NCBI RefSeq assembly: GCF_001194135.2 | Contig: NC_068996.1 | Span: 4,590,879-4,636,144, forward strand | DNA length: 45,266 nucleotides | Origin: Octopus bimaculoides | Taxonomy: Eukaryota | Direction of reading: 5' to 3' | Part shown: positions 38,294 to 45,266 of the stretch, one piece after another | How positions within the stretch are numbered: position 1 is the first letter of the stretch | How the letters are laid out: the number at the start of each line of letters is the position of its first letter | Notes under the pieces: model-generated | Told to the model about the DNA's origin: nothing | The model's database searches: none | The model's input: only the letters and a program-made list of their open reading frames with translations | Translations under genes and position numbers: made by a program

Positions 38294-38662
38294 NNNNNNN
38301 NNNAAACACACACATGCACATGCATGCACATTCTCTTCTGACAAGACTTCAACTAGAATCGAAACCAGCCAATGAATCTCTTTTCTGTTCTGGAAGAGAT
38401 AAATATGCAATATTTGTTTACATTCATCCACGTATATTAGATTAAATATATCAGAGACTGCTGAAATTTGTCTTGTTTATCAAAAGCTACTAATTGAGAT
38501 TTTCCAACATTCGTTATTTAATAAATTATTAATGAACTGTCTACGTTGTTAACGAAATCTTTAGTTCGCAAACCGGATGAACCCGTTTAGTAAAGTCATG
38601 ACTATAAATAGCTATCAGTGTTATAGTTGTCTGTTCTGTCGACGAGTAGATGAAATACAGAT

Positions 38663-38712
38663 GTTGGTCTCTGATGATCGCTCCGATGAGAGGCGAAACC
38701 AGTCGGATCAAC
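38663..38712 (+). ncRNA. Minimal type I hammerhead motif with canonical core
   Basis: 8-bp stem I GUUGGUCU/GGAUCAAC (two GU pairs); CUGAUGA(38671-77); imperfect stem II; GAAAC-CA-GUC (likely a CpG-decayed ACCGGU palindrome); predicted cleavage after C38704. Confidence 0.65.
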
Positions 38713-39417
38713 TCTCCTCCTCATTTTATCTTTTATTTCCCCGAACGCATTGTGAAGAAACTATACATTTGTATACATTTATCGAATATATTAGATTGCA
38801 TATCGGAGTGATGGATAAAACTGTTATAACTTACCAANNNNNNNNNNNNNNNNNNNNNNNNNNNNNNNNNNNNNNNNNNNNNNNNNNNNNNNNNNNNNNN
38901 NNNNNNNNNNNNNNNNNNNNNNNNNNNNNNNNNNNNNNNNNNNNNNNNNNNNNNNNNNNNNNNNNNNNNNNNNNNNNNNNNNNNNNNNNNNNNNNNNNNN
39001 NNNNNNNNNNNNNNNNNNNNNNNNNNNNNNNNNNNNNNNNNNNNNNNNNNNNNNNNNNNNNNNNNNNNNNNNNNNNNNNNNNNNNNNNNNNNNNNNNNNN
39101 NNNNNNNNNNNNNNNNNNNNNNNNNNNNNNNNNNNNNNNNNNNNNNNNNNNNNNNNNNNNNNNNNNNNNNNNNNNNNNNNNNNNNNNNNNNNNNNNNNNN
39201 NNNNNNNNNNNNNNNNNNNNNNNNNNNNNNNNNNNNNNNNNNNNNNNNNNNNNNNNNNTATATATATATATATATATATTTACAGACACTCTCACAAACA
39301 TACAAACACAGACATAGATGTACACATAGGTACCCAATCCAATATAGATTGTAAATGCAGCCCAAGGGTAATTCCAAAGGAAGCGTACGTGCACACACAA
39401 ACACACATATACATATA

Positions 39418-39880
39418 TAGGCGCAAGCATGTCAGTGTGGTAAGTAACTTGCTTCCTAACCACATGGTTCCGGGTTCAATCCCACTGCGTGGCACCTTGG
39501 GCAAGTGTCTTCTACTATAGCCTCGGGCGGACCAAAGCCTTGTGAGTGAATTTGGTAGACGGAAACTGAAAGAAGCTTGACGTAGGTATATAATATCTAT
39601 GTGAGTGTACGTGTGTATGTGTATGTGTGTGTGTGTGTGTGTGTGAGCGTGTATCTGTGTCAATGAGTTTACGTTTGTTTCCCAGCACAGCTCGACAACC
39701 GTTGTTGGTTTGCTTATGTTCCCGTAACATGCTAGTTTGACAAAAAGAGCCCTTCTTTAAAACTCGACATTAGTACTTACTTAGAATAGGTCCTGGGGTG
39801 GATTTGTTCTACTAAACACTTCACGGCGGTGTTCCAGCATGGCCGCACTCTAATGACTAAAACAAAGTAAAATTGAAACA
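39418..39880 (+). mobile_element. SINE family A, full length
   Basis: ggcgcaagcatgtcagtgtggtaag...ccgggttcaatcccactgcgtggcaccttgggcaagtg..., internal (TG)n, 3' gcggtgttccagcatggccgca...aaacaaagtaaaa. Confidence 0.9.
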
Positions 39881-40994
39881 TAAAGCACACACACACACAC
39901 ACACACAAGCACACACGCATAAACACGCACACGCATAAACACGCACTCGCGCGCGCACACAAACACGCACACATTCGCGCGCACACACACGCATGCAGAA
40001 ACACACGCATACAGAAACACACGCACCCACACACACATTTGTGTATGATTTGATGCTTGAGGCAATTAAACCATTTACGTTTCGGTTTTAATCGCATTGA
40101 ACCCCCACTGTCGCATGAACACCTGTCTTGTGTCCATTTATATATGATTCTTCTTATTAATGTGTCTATACGTGTCTCTTTAAGCTCTTCCGCAATATAT
40201 ATATATATATATATATATATANNNNNNNNNNNNNNNNNNNNNNNNNNNNNNNNNNNNNNNNNNNNNNNNNNNNNNNNNNNNNNNNNNNNNNNNNNNNNNN
40301 NNNNNNNNNNNNNNNNNNNNNNNNNNNNNNNNNNNNNNNNNNNNNNNNNNNNNNNNNNNNNNNNNNNNNNNNNNNNNNNNNNNNNNNNNNNNNNNNNNNN
40401 NNNNNNNNNNNNNNNNNNNNNNNNNNNNNNNNNNNNNNNNNNNNNNNNNNNNNNNNNNNNNNNNNNNNNNNNNNNNNNNNNNNNNNNNTATATATATATA
40501 TGCATTCATACACAAGGACACGCACAAATATATATATATATAAAGATATATAAACAGACGCACGTATAGACATATATACATATGTATCATTTTACATATA
40601 CACATTTTGTATGCGTATATATTTGTGCATGTATTTGTGCGTGGACGCATATAACTTGATTGTATGTGAGTATAAGTGTATGTGTGTGTTTGTGTGTGTG
40701 TGTGCGCGCGCGCGTATCGGCGTTCTGAGTGGTTGTTTGTATTTCATTATAAAAGCAAGTTTGAGGACTTTAAAGTGAGCAAGTGAGCTGTGAATAAAAG
40801 ATGGAATGTAATGTGGTCATACAGAAGAAATATCTGATATGAATCTAGTGTTGTTGAATGTAAACACAGCTCATACCTCATACTGCCTACATACTCATTC
40901 GGCTAAACGCATACGTGTATCTGTACGCTCATACGCAAATATTTATTCACACGCACACACACTTATACACGCACACACGCACACGCACACACGG

Positions 40995-41053
<59 letters not shown>

Positions 41054-41071
41054 CTCATACANNNNNNNNNN

Positions 41072-41120
<49 letters not shown>

Positions 41121-41346
41121 CTCATACACGCGTGAAATCACATATGTATACACGTGTGTGTGTATCATGCGCGTGTGCGTATCTAGGAGTGGTTGTGTGT
41201 GTGTGTGTGTGTGTGTGCGTGTATAAGTGTGTATGTGTAAGGAGAATCAGAAAGTGGTAGGTACTTTTTATGGTGACATGCCTTTTGTCCATGAGCTAGA
41301 AACGCTAAGAAAAACATTGTGAGTGGGAGAAAGAGCAAGAATCAGT

Positions 41347-41377
<31 letters not shown>

Positions 41378-41769
41378 GAGTAAGCGAGGAATAAGTTAGA
41401 CATCCCGTCAGAGACACTGATGTAGAAGAGATGAAAGGCAAAGAGAAGAGAGAATCAGAGTGGTGCGAACACACACACATACACCCCACTATATACAAAC
41501 ATACACACACATACATACAGACATGCATACAGACTTACATACATTCATACATACATACATACATACATACATACATACATGCATGCATATATATGTATAT
41601 ATACATATATATATATACATATACATATATGCATCCATATATANNNNNNNNNNNNNNNNNNNNNNNNNNNNNNNNNNNNNNNNNNNNNNNNNNNNNNNNN
41701 NNNNNNNNNNNNNNNNNNNNNNNNNNNNNNNNCATACATACATACATACATGCATGCATATATATGTAA

Positions 41770-42400
41770 CATGTATGTACGTACCTTCATCTACATGTAC
41801 ATATGGATACATATCTGGGTACATGACGTTGCAAAAGAACATGGACAAAATGATAAACAAGGTACAACAAACAAGCAGGCCACATAGAGAACATATCCTT
41901 CATCAGCTGCCACCATTAAAACACCGGCGTTTCGAAGAGTTAGTGCAGGACGCATCGTTAAAATGGCTCTTCCCACGAACACAAAATAAATTTCTTTCGT
42001 GGAGGATAGTGGCGGACGGAAAACAAGACAGGAAACGAAACGGTGAAATAAACAAACAAAAAGGCTGCACAGCCAGACGTGTAGAAGTGTGTGTATATTG
42101 AATGCTGTGAAGCACGAACCGGAGAGGCGAAGAAGTGCGTGCGAAGCTCGGGGAGTCCAAGACCGAAAAGAAATAGCAACCGGACACACGTGACCAGCGA
42201 GGAGTAAGGAGAAAGAGTAGCAGAGGGAGAAGAAGGGGAGGAAGTAGAATATGAGTGAGCAACGAGAGATAGAGAGGGAGAGAGATAGTAGTAGTGACGG
42301 TGAGAGGCGAAGGACGAGCAACGAAAGATATATATATATATATATATATAGTAGTGACAGGGAGAGGCGAAGAACAGTAGTGGGAAGAATGAGATATATA
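41770..42400. repeat. Third, diverged copy of the 35021-35752 repeat family
   Basis: Shared blocks ggccacatagagaacat..ccttcatcagct...gcgtttcgaagag...caggacgcatcgttaaaatggctcttccc and the purine-rich tail. Confidence 0.8.
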
Positions 42401-42497
42401 TATACTGATGAGGAACGGACTTAGCTGAAACCGATCAACCAGTATAAGGAGTTATCTCCCGGTGCTTTCGGGCAATTACAGTCCCTGTCAGAATATA

Positions 42498-43764
42498 CAG
42501 GGGTTGGACAAAATAATGGAAACACCTTAAAATTTCAAACAAATTTATTTTAATATGGGGTGGGACCATCTTTGGCAGTAATTACAGCTTGAATTCTACG
42601 AGGTATGGACTCATACAAAGTTTGAATTGTTTCCAAAGGAGTTTTTGTCAATTCTGCAGCTAAAACAGTCTCCACTTCTTGTAGTGATGATGGTGGAGGA
42701 TATCGACTCCTTAGTTGTTTTTTCTAGAATGTACTCTAAATGTTCAATAATATTGAGATCTGGGGACTGTGGTGGCCAGATAAGTTGTTCAACTTCAGAA
42801 GAATGTTCCTCGTGCCATTCAGCAACAACTTTAGTTGGTGCCTTATCATCCTGAAAGATTGTATTTCCTCCCAGGAACAGTTCAGCAACCATAGGATGAA
42901 TTTGATCAGATAAAATGCTTAAACAGTCTTGAATATTAATTCTGCCATGAAGGGAAAGTATTTGGCTGGTGGATTTCCAAGATATAGCACTCCAGATCAT
43001 CACAGATCCTTCTCCATGTTTCACAGTTGGAAGAAGGTACTCTGGGTCCAAAGCTTCTTTTGGCTGTCTCCACACGTATACTCTGCCGGTGGTCGGAAAT
43101 AAGATAAAGGATGACACGTCTGAGAAAATAACATTCTTTCACTGCTCTAGGGACCAATTCTGTAGGTAGGTTTTTAGTCCGCTCTAAAAGCTTTGCAACG
43201 TTTGTTTTTGAAAGTAGTGGTTTTCTGATTGCAGCTCTCCCGTGAAATCCGGCTTTGTGCAGTTCCCGGCAAACAGTTTTTGTGGAAACTGGGTTCTCGA
43301 AGTGATCATTAAGCTCTGTAGTAATTTTGGGAGCTGTACTTTTGTGATCCTTTCTAACAATTCGCGTAAGATTTTGACGGTCCCTGTCTGAAAGTTTTGG
43401 TTTTCTTCCGGAATTTTGTTTCAACGAGGAGGTTTTTCCCTCTTTCTCAAAGGCTGTCATTACTTTTGAGACAGTAATTCTTGATACACCACACATTTCG
43501 GCTGTTTTCGTTACGCTAGCGCCTGCCATACGAGCACCAACAATTTGACCTGTTTGAAAGTCCAATAGAACTTTCATTTGAATGAATTTTAATTACCGTT
43601 ATCTGATGATATCTGAAAAGAAAAAGCAATTATAGCAAAACATATTAAGCAACACTAATACTAAATCAAAAAACAAAAATAAACAAGCTTTTCACGGTTT
43701 TATAGATATTTCGAAATTATGATGCTATGATGTTGGGTGTTTCCATTATTTTGTCCAACCCTTG
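42498..43764 (-). mobile_element. Complete Tc1/mariner DNA transposon, 1267 bp, defective
   Basis: 29-bp TIRs CAGGGGTTGGACAAAATAATGGAAACACC (42498-526) and the one-mismatch reverse complement at 43736-764; TA target duplication at 42496-97 and 43765-66. Confidence 0.97.
42550..43577 (-). pseudogene. Tc1-type transposase pseudogene (reconstructs to DD36E spacing)
   Basis: HTH region, GRKPKL, IFSD, TVKHG.GSVMIW, FQDD, WPPQSPDLNIIE, and a C-terminus ending GPTPY*. Lesions: 4-bp duplication (43163-70), TGA at 43139-41, an inferred 9-bp deletion after QDDKAP, and +1 A near 42720. Confidence 0.93.
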
Positions 43765-43883
43765 TATGTATAAAATTATGTGCTTTAATTACAGCATCAG
43801 TGCTTTTTAGCTCTTATTTCTAGCACACCTATCATATTTAGTGACAATTATAGTTTTCATTTTTCGTGAAACATTGCACACTA

Positions 43884-43930
43884 CTATCTATCTATCTATC
43901 TATTTATCTATCTATCTGTCTATCTATCTG

Positions 43931-44014
<84 letters not shown>
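43884..44014. repeat. (CTAT)n-(AT)n compound microsatellite
   Basis: Direct reading. Confidence 0.95.
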
Positions 44015-44017
<3 letters not shown>

Positions 44018-44150
44018 AGAATTCACGAACAAATAATAGACGAAGACATGTGGTGTAGACAACAAATGGATGTATTAGTATAACGCTCGAGAATTGAAAA
44101 AGTCTTTAACGTTTCGAGCCTACGCTCTTCAACAGAAAGGAACACAGAAA
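44014..44150 (-). mobile_element. Penelope-like terminal module carrying a hammerhead-like motif (44104-44139)
   Basis: Reverse complement is homologous to 45105-45241. Motif: CUUU-CUGUUGA-A-GAGC(GUAG)GCUC-GAAAC-GUU-AAAG. Confidence 0.65.
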
Positions 44151-44339
44151 GTAAATATCGTCTTTGTTTTTGGTCTGCAAGATTCTTTATGTGAATTCGT
44201 GTGTTGAAGCATATTTTATTGTCTTGAGAGAGTCATTCTGTTTGAGTGCCTTATTAATTAACACATTCACCGGTTCGATTTCCACTAATTTACTTATTTT
44301 TTCTAAAATTTTCGTTCCTACATGCAGCGTCTTCAATAG

Positions 44340-44800
44340 TCGTTGACTCTATCCGTTCAACCAAACTTCACAGTTTTCCCATCTACCAGTGAAAAAAAAC
44401 AATTTCTGTACAAAAACGTTTAATTAAAAAAGAAAATATCTGTCTAAAACTACAGAACAAGCCTGAATATGAACGCATAACCAACTTTGGTCTCAGTATA
44501 TATTTTAATTCATGATCACATACCCATCCCTGTACATATTTCATCTCACTACTTTAGCTTTTGAGTTTTTGCATATATATTTGTTTATCCTCTGCCCGAA
44601 AGAGGAGCAATTACTTCCCCTGTCCCCAATAACCACGATCACCAATTACCTCCCTTTAGGTTTTTCTACTTGTTTTTTTAATTCATTCACAAACTTCTCA
44701 CCACACAACGTGGATTAAAATCTTCTCAAGAAAATACGAAATTACACTAATTTGAGTGTCATGATTATCGAAAGCGAAACCGGTCGACAAACACAGACAC
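44340..44800 (+). mobile_element. Possible Penelope-like element 3' end (endonuclease C-terminus remnant, UTR, decayed hammerhead)
   Basis: Frameshifted PNFTVFP...RLIK...YRTSLN loosely resembles PLE GIY-YIG C-termini, followed by a pyrimidine-rich tract and UGUC..GAAACCGGUC.GACA at 44757-89. Confidence 0.4.
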
Positions 44801-44832
44801 ACAAACATATACACACACATATACATATACAT

Positions 44833-44960
44833 ATACGACGGGCTTACCAAATCCGCTCACAAGGCATTAGTAGAAGACTCTTGTCCAAGGTGCCCCGCAG
44901 TGAGACTGAACCCAAGACCATGTGGATGATAACCAAGGTACTTACCACACAGCCACTCTT
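44833..44960 (-). mobile_element. SINE family A head, internally deleted
   Basis: The minus strand reads gagtggctgtgtggtaag...gggttcagtctcactgcggggcaccttggacaagag...cttgtgagcggatttggtaagcccgtcgtat. Confidence 0.8.
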
Positions 44961-44994
44961 GTATAATATGTATGTACACATATATATATATATA

Positions 44995-45266
44995 TTGAAA
45001 AAAGAATTTCTAACTTCCGGTCAGCCATTGTTATGATCGGCCATTATTATGATTGACCGTTGACTGAACACTATTCAATTTGTTTTCTCCATGTTTTTCT
45101 CCTTGTCTCCGTATTCTTTCTGTTGAAGAGCGTAGCTCGAAACGTCAAAGACTTTCCGTATTCCCGAGCGTCATACTAATATATCCTTTTGTTATTTACA
45201 CCACCTGTCCTCGTCTGTTGTTATTATTTGTATATTCTCCCATATATATATATATATTGAAAAAAG
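44995..45266 (+). mobile_element. Penelope-like pLTR or retrozyme-like unit (~262 bp) with a minimal hammerhead at 45115-45151
   Basis: Stem I UCUUU/AAAGA, core CUGUUGA, stem II GAGC/GCUC, GAAAC-GUC. The unit start (AT)n-ttgaaaaaag (44995) recurs at 45257 at the window edge. Confidence 0.6.

Noticed and set aside
40995-41130. Apparent direct duplications on either side of short gaps (also 2797-2840 and 41560-41770)
   Set aside because: Most likely unmerged contig overlaps at microsatellite-bounded gaps, that is, assembly artefacts.
5397-41887. Most ORFs in the supplied track (poly-YI, CV, HT, ER, LS and X-rich)
   Set aside because: They are translations of dinucleotide or tetranucleotide repeats, or read through N gaps; there is no protein-like complexity.
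35021-42400. CRISPR-like or spacer array interpretation of the recurring repeats
   Set aside because: No short constant repeats with regular unique spacers and no cas-like ORFs; the context is eukaryotic transposon DNA.
44560-44700. Minus-strand EKFVNELKKQ...VIVVIGDRG, reminiscent of a Fanzor/TnpB RuvC-II motif
   Set aside because: Interrupted by stops with no following DE..TS or zinc-finger motif; the opposite strand fits a PLE 3' UTR better. Treated as chance.

Overview
AT-rich, microsatellite-saturated eukaryotic scaffold from a short-read assembly. About 5.4 kb (~12%) is N in 17 gaps, most of them abutting a simple repeat. The SINE families and repeat landscape point to a coleoid cephalopod, probably Octopus (inference). 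No host protein-coding exon, tRNA gene, rRNA or CRISPR array can be supported, and almost all ORFs in the track are microsatellite or gap artefacts. The window is intergenic or intronic DNA built from transposon relics. These are: several tRNA-derived SINE families; a TIR-complete but mutated Tc1/mariner element that reconstructs to DD36E spacing (42498-43764); an RTE-clade LINE; an old I/LOA-like LINE; and five fragments of R4/Dong-type restriction-like-endonuclease LINEs, three of them bracketed by (TAA)n or (CATA)n microsatellites. The most interesting signal is a set of five foldable and three partial minimal type I hammerhead-ribozyme motifs of the Penelope-like-element/retrozyme kind. 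They use three different palindromic stem III sequences and include two repeated non-canonical cores (CCGAUGA/UCGAUGA and CUGUUGA); one sits in an apparent ~262-bp tandem unit. All structures were folded by eye; activity is untested.
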